From an uncultured bacterium (lineage in GTDB: Bacteria > SAR324 > NAC60-12): a DNA stretch of 64,000 bases. Under the pieces are notes generated by a model. The model saw only the letters and a program-made list of their open reading frames with translations. It had not been told where the DNA came from and searched no databases. The stretch spans positions 192,001 through 256,000 of the forward strand of contig CBFIGY010000001.1 of NCBI GenBank assembly GCA_965662235.1. Direction: 5' to 3'. The translations under genes and the position numbers were made by a program. This document shows positions 46,169 through 55,845 of this stretch, piece after piece; position 1 is the stretch's first letter; every line of letters starts with the position of its first letter.

Positions 46169-47985
46169 CCGACTGTGACTGATTTGGCAAGATTTCTTGG
46201 CTTGTCAATGGCGCGCTTCAGCTCAAGTGCCGTGTAGTATGAGAGCAGCTGGGCCATGACCATTTGCAGTAAAGGCGCTGTAAAGGAAGACTCTGAGGGC
46301 AACACCACTGGGTGATGCAGAATGGACTGTGCCTTCTCGTCTTCCTTGAAGCAGAAGCCCACAACGGTTCCGCCACGGGTCCGGATCTCCTCCATAGCGA
46401 TCAGAGTACGATCGTGGAGGCTCTTCTGCTCCGGCGGAGGAATGAAGAACAGCGAGTGCACAGAGGGTTCAATCAACGACAGGGTTCCATGCTTGAGGAA
46501 GCCGGCGGGCATGCCTTCCGCGTGCTGATAGGTGACTTCCTTCATCTTCAGCGCAGACTCCATGGCCACCGGGTAGTAGATTCCGCACCCGAGAAACAGC
46601 CAGTTCTGCACCTGATGCGTCTGGCGCGCCAGGTTCCGGAGGAAGCCCGACTGCTCGTTTAACGCGGCTTCCACGGCTTCTGGAAGCGCCTCCAGAGACG
46701 CGTGATGGGCCTTGGCCTGCTCAGGGGTCAGACGCCCGGTCCGGACCCCCAACTCCAACGCCGTCCGCATCAGCAGAATCACCTGTGCCAGAGCAGCTTT
46801 TGTGGAAACCACACAGATCTCCGGTCCGGACCCCTGCATGACGACGTGGTCTACAAGCATGCTGATGGACGATCCCATCACGTTGACCACGGCACCCGTC
46901 TGTGCGCCCTGACGCTGAGCGTACTGAAGCGCCGTCTTGGTGTCATAGGTTTCTCCCGACTGAGACACCGCAATCACCGCATCCCCGGCCTGGATGGAAG
47001 ACACTTCGGCAAACTCATCTGAGCTGATGGTCGGTAAGTAACGCCCTGCCATCTGTGAGAACAGGTACTGAGCAATCTGCGCCACGTAGTAAGTGGTCCC
47101 CACGCCCATCAGGTACCCCTGCTGAGACGTCTCTAGGATGCGCGCCAGCCCATGAACCGATGCGTCCGGGACCTTCAGGGCTTGCCGAATCGTCTGAGGC
47201 TCATCAAAGATTTCCTTAAGCATGTAGTGAGCAAACCCGCCCTTCTTGGTGGTCTCGGTGTCCCAGTCCACCATCAGGATCGACTTATCCACAGGCTGCT
47301 GATTGGTCAGTTGCTTAACGCGGCAGGTGTCCTTTTTGAGAATGGCGTATTCCCCATCTTCCAGCACCACGGCGCGGCGCGTGTACTCCAAAAAGGCGTT
47401 GATGTCCGAGCCAATGAAGTTTTCATTGATCCCCAAGCCAATGACGAGGGGCGACTCATGCTTAGCGCAAAACAGCGTCTCTGGCTCATGAGGGGTCATG
47501 AGGATGACACCAAACGACCCCTCGACTCGCTGCAGCGCCGTCACAAAAGCCTCTTCCACGCTGCCAGCGGTTTGGTAGCACACCTGAACCAGGTTCACCA
47601 GCACCTCCGTATCCGTCTGAGAGTGAAAGTGAATCCCCTGGGCCTTGAGCTCCTCTCGCAGCTCCTGATAGTTGGAAATGATGCCATTGTGGGCGAGGGC
47701 AAACTCGCCGTTCATAGACCGATGCGGGTGCGCGTTTTCCGGTGTCACTCCACCGTGGGTGGCCCAACGGGTGTGCGCAATGCCCAGGGCTCCTTGCAAC
47801 GCTAGGAGGTCCTCCTTGGCGTTGACCTCATCCACTCCCCCGGTGCTCTTTCTGATGTGCAGGATCCCTTCGTGCAGGGTTCCCATGCCACAGGAATCGT
47901 ACCCTCGGTACTCCTGGCTCCGAATGGATGACAGCAAGCGCTGAGAAATCGGTTCCGCGCTAACAATTCCACTAATGCCACACAT
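46165..47985 (-). CDS. glmS: Glutamine--fructose-6-phosphate aminotransferase
   Basis: MCGI, EYRGYDS, HTRWATHG, SQSGET, KHG, DKPRNLAKSVTV. Confidence 0.96.
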   Translation of the reverse strand: MCGISGIVSAEPISQRLLSSIRSQEYRGYDSCGMGTLHEGILHIRKSTGGVDEVNAKEDLLALQGALGIAHTRWATHGGVTPENAHPHRSMNGEFALAHNGIISNYQELREELKAQGIHFHSQTDTEVLVNLVQVCYQTAGSVEEAFVTALQRVEGSFGVILMTPHEPETLFCAKHESPLVIGLGINENFIGSDINAFLEYTRRAVVLEDGEYAILKKDTCRVKQLTNQQPVDKSILMVDWDTETTKKGGFAHYMLKEIFDEPQTIRQALKVPDASVHGLARILETSQQGYLMGVGTTYYVAQIAQYLFSQMAGRYLPTISSDEFAEVSSIQAGDAVIAVSQSGETYDTKTALQYAQRQGAQTGAVVNVMGSSISMLVDHVVMQGSGPEICVVSTKAALAQVILLMRTALELGVRTGRLTPEQAKAHHASLEALPEAVEAALNEQSGFLRNLARQTHQVQNWLFLGCGIYYPVAMESALKMKEVTYQHAEGMPAGFLKHGTLSLIEPSVHSLFFIPPPEQKSLHDRTLIAMEEIRTRGGTVVGFCFKEDEKAQSILHHPVVLPSESSFTAPLLQMVMAQLLSYYTALELKRAIDKPRNLAKSVTVG

Positions 47986-47990
47986 ACACG

Positions 47991-49181
47991 TTACAGGCTG
48001 AGGTTATCAGAATGGACGGTTCCGCTGGGAACCAGGGAACCAGGAGAGATCGTGTGACGGGCTCCGATGATGGAGCCGTCTCCAATGAAGGCACCGGCTT
48101 TTCGTAGCTGTGTGTCAACGGTTCCCTCAGCAAGAGAGCACCGGACGGTGTTTTGGTCCCAGTGGTGGTTGACCGTGGTCACCCCTGACCCCAGCTGCAC
48201 GCCTTCTCCAACCACACTGTCTCCAATGAAGGAAAGACGGCCGAGGTCACTGCTTCCGAAAATGACGCAATTTTTCAGCTCTGAACCGTAGCCCACCAAT
48301 GATTGCGGACCCACTGCGCTGTAGTGCCGGACCAGGGTGTTGTTGCCGATGTAACTGTTTTTCCCAATGAAGCAGGGACCCTTCAGAACACTTCCGGACT
48401 CAATGACCACGTTCTCTTCAATGATGACTGCCCCTTGAATCTGGACGTTCCCCAGCAGCTTGGCGGAAGCATCAATGGACGAGCAGGTCCAAGTGTCCAT
48501 GACCATCTGGTTCGCTTCAAGGATGTGCCAGGGGTAAATGATGTCGATCCACCCTTCTTCCCAGATGGTGGCTTGCACCTTGGTCTCAGCCAACAGCTGC
48601 TGAAGCGACCGGGCCATGTCCTGCTCACAAGCTTCTAGGCACGAAAAGATCTGCGGAGTGAGGACAAAAACCCCGGCCAGCACGTAGTTGGCCATGGTGT
48701 CCTGAGGCTTTTCCACCAAACGCGTGATGCGCATCTCGTGGTCCAGGTACACGTTTCCGAAGTTTTGCGAAGACGGAGGCAACGCCACCGTCGCCACCGA
48801 TGCTCCTGAGCCCGAATACGCCTGAAGGGCTGCCTGGTAGGGATTTCCATGAAACAGCGTGTCTCCGTACACCAGCAGAAAGGACTGATTCTCCAGCCGC
48901 GTCCGGCAGGCTTCCAGAGCATGGCCAATTCCCAACACCGGCTCCTGCACTACGTAATCTAGGTGCAGTCCCCACGCGGAGCCATCGCCGAAGAAACGCC
49001 GGAGCGCGTCCTGCTGATGATTCACCACCAACAGCACCTCTCGGATGCCGGCTTCGCCCAGCGCCTGGAGGGTGTACTCTAGGATGTAGTGGCCTCCCAC
49101 GCGAATCATCGCCTTTGCTCGTGTTTCGGTAAAGGGCTGAAGCCGTGGGCTGTTGTTGGCCGCCAAAATGACTGCTTTCAT
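47991..49181 (-). CDS. Sugar-1-phosphate nucleotidyltransferase/acetyltransferase (archaeal GlmU-like)
   Basis: MKAVILAA..., EKP, WIDIIYPWHILEAN, left-handed beta-helix repeats (ELKN, SFIGDSVVG); upstream of glmS. Confidence 0.85.
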   Translation of the reverse strand: MKAVILAANNSPRLQPFTETRAKAMIRVGGHYILEYTLQALGEAGIREVLLVVNHQQDALRRFFGDGSAWGLHLDYVVQEPVLGIGHALEACRTRLENQSFLLVYGDTLFHGNPYQAALQAYSGSGASVATVALPPSSQNFGNVYLDHEMRITRLVEKPQDTMANYVLAGVFVLTPQIFSCLEACEQDMARSLQQLLAETKVQATIWEEGWIDIIYPWHILEANQMVMDTWTCSSIDASAKLLGNVQIQGAVIIEENVVIESGSVLKGPCFIGKNSYIGNNTLVRHYSAVGPQSLVGYGSELKNCVIFGSSDLGRLSFIGDSVVGEGVQLGSGVTTVNHHWDQNTVRCSLAEGTVDTQLRKAGAFIGDGSIIGARHTISPGSLVPSGTVHSDNLSL

Positions 49182-49184
49182 GGC

Positions 49185-49868
49185 CTATCCTTTCTCTTCT
49201 GAAGTCACTTGATCCCGCATGAACGCCAGCGCTTCCTCCACCGTCCGGTGCGTGGTGTCGACCAAAATCGCATCGTCGGCCTGCCGGAGCGGCGCCACAC
49301 TTCGGTTTCGATCGCGTTCATCCCGTTCCTGCAGGGCCTGCAGCACCGCTTCATACGACGTACTCTCTCCCTTGGCCTGAAGCTGTTCCAAGCGCCGCTG
49401 CGCTCGAACCTCAGGAGCCGCATCCACAAAGAACTTGAAGGGCGCTTCCGGAAAGATCACGGTCCCAATGTCTCGCCCCTCCAGCACGGCACCCGGAACG
49501 CCTTGCTCTTCGGCATGGAACACCACTCGACGCTGTTGATCCTTCATGGCTTCCCGGATTTCCGGGAACTGGCTGATCCGCGAGGCCAGCATCGAGGCTT
49601 CCTCAGTCCGAATCGCATCGGTCACCTCTTCACCGTTGCAGAAGAAGCGGGCGGCCTCCACGTGGATTTGAGTCGAGTTGCCAATGTCCCGGAGCACCTC
49701 AGAGGTTTCTTTCTCATTCCACTGCTGCCACACCAGGCCCAGGCACCGGAACATCGCCCCGGTGTCCACATAGAGGAAGTCAAGCTGGGTCGCCAACTGA
49801 CGGGCCAGCGTGCTCTTTCCCACGCCTGTGGGACCATCAATCGCAACAATACGAAAAGGAGCTTTCAT
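49185..49868 (-). CDS. cmk: Cytidylate kinase
   Basis: AIDGPTGVGKST, DTGAMFR, EGRDIGTV, RDERDRNR..APL. Confidence 0.96.
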   Translation of the reverse strand: MKAPFRIVAIDGPTGVGKSTLARQLATQLDFLYVDTGAMFRCLGLVWQQWNEKETSEVLRDIGNSTQIHVEAARFFCNGEEVTDAIRTEEASMLASRISQFPEIREAMKDQQRRVVFHAEEQGVPGAVLEGRDIGTVIFPEAPFKFFVDAAPEVRAQRRLEQLQAKGESTSYEAVLQALQERDERDRNRSVAPLRQADDAILVDTTHRTVEEALAFMRDQVTSEEKG

Positions 49869-49871
49869 GCG

Positions 49872-49887
49872 CGTTTCACGTGAAACA
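49872..49887. promoter_or_regulatory. parS chromosome-partition site
   Basis: cGTTTCACGTGAAACA, 15/16 match to TGTTTCACGTGAAACA; intergenic. Confidence 0.85.
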
Positions 49888-49888
49888 G

Positions 49889-52552
49889 TCAGGGGGTTGC
49901 CAGTTCATCCAGACGCTTCTGGATGAGCTGTTGCCACTCCGGAGCCTCAAACTCACGGAGCATCTTCTTGTAAACGGCTCGGGCTTCTGTCGGACGCTTG
50001 AGCGCCCAGTAGCTTTCGGCCATCATTCGGTTCACCTCAAACCGATCTGCTACTGAGAGGCTCCGGTCGAGGTAAATCACCTTCAGGTGAGCCGCCAGGG
50101 ACTCGCTGTGCTTTCCAACCTGAAACGCCAGGTGCCCGCGTTCCTTGAGAATCCGGAGCTGCCGAGTCGCTTTCTGAGCATCACCAGACGCGGCGTTCGT
50201 CTGCTCAGCCTCTGAAAGCCAGCGCTCGGACTGATCCCATTGGCGGAGGTCCTGATGGATCCGTCCCAAGCGCAGCAGCAGTTCCACACGGTCGGGCACC
50301 GTCAGTTCCACATTTTGCTGAACCTGCTGCTCATAGTGACGGGCCAGCTGACGCAGGTAGGGCGCCGCCTGTTCTGGGGCCTCTTGTTTCACGTGAAACG
50401 CGACCAGCAGCTCCAGGGTCTCAATGGCCACTGAGTCGGTTTGATTTTCCGCAAGAAGCTGCTCTGCCACGTTCAAAAACTGTTCCGACTGCTCCTGATG
50501 GTTGGCAATTTTCAGCAGCTGGAACCGCATGGGGCGAATCCGTTCCGGAGGCGCATTGAGCAGGGCCACTTCATAGCTCTCACGGGCGTCTTCCCAACGC
50601 TGAAGGCGGTAGAGCGCATCTGCCTGCTGTTCATAAAGCCATGCCTGCTGAACAGGCTCCCAGGTCGGGATGGGCAGCGTCTTGCTCCAGCGTACCAGTT
50701 CAGCATCCCGGCTCAGCGCCTGCAGCGTCCGGACGCGCAGTTCCGCTAACGGAAACACCGGATGCGCTTTCAGTTCGGCAACCAGCAGCGGATCCGCCTC
50801 TTCGGCACGCTCCAGCGCGAGCAGCGCCCGGGCCTGCATCACCGTCAGCCGAACCGGACGCAGCGGCTCCGGATACTGCTTCCGAAGGCGCTCAACCAGC
50901 TGGAGCACCGCTTCAGGCTGATTCAGGGCCTGTTGTGCCTCTGCCTGAAAGAGCAACGCTTCTTCGAGTAGAGGGGACTCCGGGTGTTCCTGTTCCAGTG
51001 CTTCCGTCCGAGAGAGGACCCCGTTCCACTCCTGCTGGTCCAGCAGCAACGCCGCCTCCAGCAGCAACCGGTCATCGGCACGCTCCACCGTTTCAGGGAT
51101 CTGACGCAGGCTGAGCAGCACAAAGCGGGAAGACTGCCCCCGCTGGTGCAGCAGCACCGCGTTCCAGAAGAAGTACTCCGGGCGCCGGGGGGATTCGGGA
51201 TATTCGGCAAGCAGCGCCTGATTCTCGGCCCAGGCGGCTTCCCAATTCTGACGTCGCAGGTCGTAGTTCAGGCGGAGGAAGGTGGACCACTCCTTGATTT
51301 GTGGCGCTCGGGCCGTCTGTTCCGCCCGCTTGAACCCATCGTAAGCGGCCTCGTTTCTTCCCTGCTGGAGCTGCGCGTAGGCCCGCAGCAGCTCGTATTC
51401 CCCTTCCCAGCCCTTCCGGTCATCCACTGGAAGCGTGAGGCGGAGGATCCAGCCAAACTCCCGGGTGGCTGTGGCGCTCCGGACCATGTCTTGGGCCTGT
51501 CGGGTGCGGATTTGAGGATCCCGGAGTTGATTGAGGAGGGCCAGGGCCACGTCCCACTGCTGCTTCTGCAGAGCCAAGCGTCCCCGGACTCGCTGAGTCC
51601 AGTCACTGGAGCCGCTGTGCTTTTCCAATTGGCCCACCCACTCTTCCACAGCGTCCCAGCGTGCTTCATGAATTTCGGCTGCTACACGGAGCTGGAGCAG
51701 TTCCTTCATGATCGGTTCGTTGTAATTCCTCTCAAACCGGGTATCCACGAATGCTCGCAGACGCTCCCACTGCCCCTGCTGGTAGTACTCCTGCCCGAGC
51801 AACAGCAGCACCTTGGGAGTCGGCGTGCTCCGAACCCACAGCTGGAGCGTCTCTTCCGGATTGCCGGTTTTCAGAAGCTTTTGCAGCAAAAACTCCAGTT
51901 CCCAGAAGTAAGGCGACAGGGTCGGGTGCTTGGCCCAGTCGTTCCGAGTGGTCTCCAGCCACGCCAGCGCCTTGTCTCCAACCCCTTGACGTCCCAGCAG
52001 CCACGCTTTGGTGTACTGGGCCTCAGTCTTCAGCTCAAAGAGGTTGCGGTTCAGCAAGGTTTCCACCGACTTCTGGGCGTCGACGAGGTCCCGGAGCGAC
52101 GGATTCCCCCGCTGGTCCACCTTCTTCAGTTCGTAAAGCCGCGCGTAGGCCTGGGCGCTCCAGAAGAGCGAGCGTCCGTACCACTCGGAGGTCGGGTTTT
52201 CGGCTTCCTCCTGCTGAATGGCATAGAAGTCCTTCAAGGCCTCCTGAAGACGGCTGGCGCTGTTTGAGAACAGCTTGCGGTACGCGACGTGGAAGCGCTT
52301 TCCTGAGGAATCGAACCACCCAGGCTCCGGAGGCTCGTATTGGCTGGGAAACAGGGCTTCCCACTGGGGCAACGGTGGGTAGGACGGCTGAGAAAACTGA
52401 ACCAGATCCTCCTGTTGATCAGCGGAAACATATTCTGGAATTTCAAAAGGATAACGCCCTGCTCGGCTTTCCACAAAGGTGGGTAAGTCAGCTGCTTGAG
52501 CAAAGGAAGGGAGGATCCATAACAGCAGTCCAATCCATCCGAAGCGACGCAT
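49889..52552 (-). CDS. Large periplasmic tetratricopeptide-repeat protein
   Basis: Signal peptide (AQA); many helical TPR-like repeats with YPES/HPES loops. Confidence 0.82.
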   Translation of the reverse strand: MRRFGWIGLLLWILPSFAQAADLPTFVESRAGRYPFEIPEYVSADQQEDLVQFSQPSYPPLPQWEALFPSQYEPPEPGWFDSSGKRFHVAYRKLFSNSASRLQEALKDFYAIQQEEAENPTSEWYGRSLFWSAQAYARLYELKKVDQRGNPSLRDLVDAQKSVETLLNRNLFELKTEAQYTKAWLLGRQGVGDKALAWLETTRNDWAKHPTLSPYFWELEFLLQKLLKTGNPEETLQLWVRSTPTPKVLLLLGQEYYQQGQWERLRAFVDTRFERNYNEPIMKELLQLRVAAEIHEARWDAVEEWVGQLEKHSGSSDWTQRVRGRLALQKQQWDVALALLNQLRDPQIRTRQAQDMVRSATATREFGWILRLTLPVDDRKGWEGEYELLRAYAQLQQGRNEAAYDGFKRAEQTARAPQIKEWSTFLRLNYDLRRQNWEAAWAENQALLAEYPESPRRPEYFFWNAVLLHQRGQSSRFVLLSLRQIPETVERADDRLLLEAALLLDQQEWNGVLSRTEALEQEHPESPLLEEALLFQAEAQQALNQPEAVLQLVERLRKQYPEPLRPVRLTVMQARALLALERAEEADPLLVAELKAHPVFPLAELRVRTLQALSRDAELVRWSKTLPIPTWEPVQQAWLYEQQADALYRLQRWEDARESYEVALLNAPPERIRPMRFQLLKIANHQEQSEQFLNVAEQLLAENQTDSVAIETLELLVAFHVKQEAPEQAAPYLRQLARHYEQQVQQNVELTVPDRVELLLRLGRIHQDLRQWDQSERWLSEAEQTNAASGDAQKATRQLRILKERGHLAFQVGKHSESLAAHLKVIYLDRSLSVADRFEVNRMMAESYWALKRPTEARAVYKKMLREFEAPEWQQLIQKRLDELATP
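50385..50400. promoter_or_regulatory. parS chromosome-partition site (inside CDS)
   Basis: TGTTTCACGTGAAACg, 15/16 match; about 0.5 kb from the first site. Confidence 0.82.
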
Positions 52553-52554
52553 TG

Positions 52555-53640
52555 TTACCTTTTGGGAAGGGGTGGGTCGGGGAGGGTGTCACGGAACTCA
52601 ACCAGAGCCTGGGCCGCAGCGTCCAGGTCTTCAGCAGAGAGCCGGAGGGCATACTCGTAGCGAGTCATTGCATGTTGGTAGCGGGGGTCGTAGTAGTCCG
52701 TCAGGAGGATCTGAGCCAGCTCTTCCAGCCGACCCTGCTTCAGGCAGAGGCGCAGGTGCTCCACCACCTTGGCACTCAGGGCCATCTTCAGCGTCTGCAA
52801 AATGGCGTCTACCTCCTGCACATCCGCCTCACAGCGAAGGGCGTAGTCCTCAACCGTCCGCTGCACACGGGTTTCCAGCGAAGCTTCCAGCAGCACCGTG
52901 ATGCCTTCCCGGAGGGGCTGAAAGATGGCCTTGGGCACAAACACGGGCCCCACCTTGCGGCTCTCTCCCTCAACAAACCAGTGGCGTCCGGCAGGAAGCG
53001 CCTGGATCTGCTTTAGCAGCAGCCCCTCAAAGTTCCGTTGCGTACGGGGGTGAAGGTGAAGCGCCCCAAACAGCGAGCTTCGGTGCTGCGCGAGGCCTTC
53101 GAGGTCCAGGTGATCGGGAAGCCGCTGCAGGATACGGGTTTTGCCCACCCCGGTCTGGCCATGCAGCACAATGAAGGAGCCCTGAAACGCCTCCAGCTCC
53201 TGGAGTACGTGGTTGCGGTAAGCCTTGTAGCCCCCGTGAAGCTGCTGAGCGCGATGCCCTTGGGCCTGCAGCAGACGAACCACTGAGGCCGACCGCATTC
53301 CTCCGCGGGCGCAGTAGACGATCAGCGGCTGCTTCTGGAAGGCGGAAAAGGGTGCCAAGAACTCCTGGATCTTTTCAGACACCAGATCCTTACCGCGCTC
53401 CACAGCCACCTGAGGGCCCACCTGCTTGTAAAGCGTCCCGATCTCTGCCCGTTCCATTCCACTGAAGAGCGGGATGTTATGAGCCCCCGGAATGGCCCCT
53501 TGCTGAAACTCCTCGGGGGTCCGGACGTCCACCAACGGGATTCCAGCGTGCAGGGCCTGCTCCACAGAGAGCCCCTGGAGGTCGCCTTCGAGGTAGCGAT
53601 CAATTCCTGCTCGGAAGGTGGCCGCCGTGTGGGAGGTCAC
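52555..53640 (-). CDS. selU: tRNA 2-selenouridine synthase
   Basis: Rhodanese domain [31 protein letters not shown]-loop [32 protein letters not shown]. Confidence 0.94.
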   Translation of the reverse strand: MTSHTAATFRAGIDRYLEGDLQGLSVEQALHAGIPLVDVRTPEEFQQGAIPGAHNIPLFSGMERAEIGTLYKQVGPQVAVERGKDLVSEKIQEFLAPFSAFQKQPLIVYCARGGMRSASVVRLLQAQGHRAQQLHGGYKAYRNHVLQELEAFQGSFIVLHGQTGVGKTRILQRLPDHLDLEGLAQHRSSLFGALHLHPRTQRNFEGLLLKQIQALPAGRHWFVEGESRKVGPVFVPKAIFQPLREGITVLLEASLETRVQRTVEDYALRCEADVQEVDAILQTLKMALSAKVVEHLRLCLKQGRLEELAQILLTDYYDPRYQHAMTRYEYALRLSAEDLDAAAQALVEFRDTLPDPPLPKR

Positions 53641-54689
53641 TCGTCACCATCTTCCGCAACCGGCTCAGCGTCCTCACTCACCGGAAGGAGGCTGTACCGT
53701 TCCCGCACCAGACGCTCCAGCTCTCCGGAAATTTCCGGGTGCTCCTCAAGGAAGCGAATGGCATTGTCGCGCCCCTGTCCCAGCCGCTCCTTGTTGTACG
53801 AAAACCACGTCCCGCTCTTCTGCACGAGTTCAAGGTTGACGGCATAGTCGAGGAGCACCCCAAACTGGGAAATTCCTTTTCCGTAAATCAGGTCAAACTC
53901 AGCGGACCGGAAAGGCGGCGCCAGTTTGTTTTTCACCACCTTGACCTTCACCCGATGCCCCTGAACCTCGTCTCCTTGCTTGATCTGGGTGGTTTTGCGG
54001 ACATCGAGGCGGATGCTGGAGTAGAACTTGAGCGCTTGCCCGCCTGTGGTTGTCTCCGGGTTGCCGAACACGACCCCAATCTTGGAGCGGAGCTGGTTGA
54101 TGAAGATGAAGATCGTGTGGGACTTGGAGACCGAGCCTGTCAGCTTCCGGAGGGCCTGGGACATCAAGCGGGCGTGGAGGCCCATGTGGGAATCCCCCAT
54201 GTCTCCATCAAGCTCGTTTTTCGGAACCAGCGCTGCCACGGAGTCCACCACCACAATGTCGGCCTTACCAATGCGGACCATCTGCTCAGCGATCTCTAGG
54301 GCCTGCTCGCCGTAATCCGGCTGAGACAGCAGCATCTCCTCCACCTGCACTCCAAGCGTCCGGGCGTTGGTGCGGTCGAAGGCGTGCTCGGCATCTACAA
54401 ACACGGCGGTGCCGCCAGCACGCTGAACCTCTGCAATGGCACACAGGGCCAGGGTGGTCTTTCCGGAGGCCTCTGGCCCATAGATTTCAATGATCCGCCC
54501 GCGGGGAAACCCGCCCACTCCGAGCGCCACATCCAAAGCCAGGTTCCCGGCGCTCACCACAGGAGCGCTCTGTACCGAGCTCTCATCCATCCGCATGATG
54601 GACCCCTTGCCGAATTGACGCTCAATCTGGGAGATCGCCAGTTCCAGATCCTTCCTGCGGTCGTCTTTCTTTTCCTCGTCTTTTGTCAT
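53637..54689 (-). CDS. recA: Recombinase A
   Basis: Start 54689 (MTKDEE). [46 protein letters not shown]. Confidence 0.98.
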   Translation of the reverse strand: MTKDEEKKDDRRKDLELAISQIERQFGKGSIMRMDESSVQSAPVVSAGNLALDVALGVGGFPRGRIIEIYGPEASGKTTLALCAIAEVQRAGGTAVFVDAEHAFDRTNARTLGVQVEEMLLSQPDYGEQALEIAEQMVRIGKADIVVVDSVAALVPKNELDGDMGDSHMGLHARLMSQALRKLTGSVSKSHTIFIFINQLRSKIGVVFGNPETTTGGQALKFYSSIRLDVRKTTQIKQGDEVQGHRVKVKVVKNKLAPPFRSAEFDLIYGKGISQFGVLLDYAVNLELVQKSGTWFSYNKERLGQGRDNAIRFLEEHPEISGELERLVRERYSLLPVSEDAEPVAEDGDE

Positions 54690-54879
54690 AAGTGGCTCTC
54701 TTGCTGTTTTGTCGGTACAATTCACGGGTTGAGGAACCGGGAATGCATGTCTCGAGTGGAGCAAACCATCATAGGCGCCTCTCCAAGAAGTAGCAAACGC
54801 TAAACCGGGCCTTTTTCAAGCGGATCCCCCTTCAGGAGGTTCAGGAGTCTTTTCTCTTTTTTACTGGAATATCAAGTTT

Positions 54880-55830
54880 ATGAGCTTCAACAAAAAGCGC
54901 TGCATCGTCACAGGGGGAGCCGGTTTCCTCGGTTCCTTTCTCTGTGAGCGTTTGCTGGAGGAGGGCCACGAGGTCATTGCCGTCGACAACTTCTTCACCG
55001 GCAACAAGCGCAACATTGCCCACCTGCTCCCCCGACCTGACTTCGAACTGGTCCGGCACGATGTGGTGGAACCGATCCTGTTGGAAGGGGACTGGATCTT
55101 CAACCTTGCGTGCCCGGCATCGCCCGTTCACTACTGGCACAACCCCGTCAAGACCATCAAGACCAGTGTGATGGGCGCCATCAACATGCTCGGACTGGCC
55201 AAACGCACCGGGGCGCGGATGCTCCAGGCCTCCACCTCTGAAGTGTATGGCGACCCAGAGGTCCACCCGCAGCCTGAGAGCTACTGGGGAGCCGTCAATC
55301 CGATTGGCCCCCGCAGTTGCTACGATGAAGGAAAGCGGGTGGCGGAAACCCTGATGATGGACTACCACCGGCAGAACCACGTCGACATCCGGATTGTCCG
55401 AATCTTCAACACCTACGGCCCCCGCATGCACCCAGAAGACGGACGGGTGGTGAGCAACTTCATTGTGGCCGCCCTCAAGGGAGAGCCCCTGACCCTGCAT
55501 GGAGATGGCGAGCAGACCCGCTCCTTCTGCTTCGTCAGTGACCTCGTGGAAGTGATCTACCGCATGATGGCTCAAGACGACATCATCGGTCCCGTCAACA
55601 TTGGCAACCCGGGAGAGTTTACCATCCGAGAACTCGCCGAGCAGGTGATCGACCTCACCCAATCTTCCTCCAAGATCATCTCCCTCCCTGCTCGAGAAGA
55701 TGACCCGAAGCAGCGACGTCCGGACATCACCCTCGCCCAGTCCAAGCTCGGCTGGACCCCAAAGGTGCCGCTGCGTGAGGGACTGGAGCGCACCATCCAC
55801 TACTTCGATGAACTGCTTCGGCAATCCTGA
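54880..55830 (+). CDS. UDP-glucuronate decarboxylase (UDP-xylose synthase) family SDR
   Basis: [50 protein letters not shown]. Confidence 0.93.
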   Translation: MSFNKKRCIVTGGAGFLGSFLCERLLEEGHEVIAVDNFFTGNKRNIAHLLPRPDFELVRHDVVEPILLEGDWIFNLACPASPVHYWHNPVKTIKTSVMGAINMLGLAKRTGARMLQASTSEVYGDPEVHPQPESYWGAVNPIGPRSCYDEGKRVAETLMMDYHRQNHVDIRIVRIFNTYGPRMHPEDGRVVSNFIVAALKGEPLTLHGDGEQTRSFCFVSDLVEVIYRMMAQDDIIGPVNIGNPGEFTIRELAEQVIDLTQSSSKIISLPAREDDPKQRRPDITLAQSKLGWTPKVPLREGLERTIHYFDELLRQS

Positions 55831-55845
55831 GACTGAGATCGATTG

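Noticed and set aside
47285..47293. Perfect DnaA box TTATCCACA inside glmS
   Set aside because: Isolated and intragenic, with no box cluster or AT-rich unwinding element; not evidence for oriC.
54690..54879. SOS (LexA) box upstream of recA
   Set aside because: I found no match to the LexA box types I know (CTGT-N8-ACAG, GAAC-N4-GTTC, GTTC-N7-GTTC).
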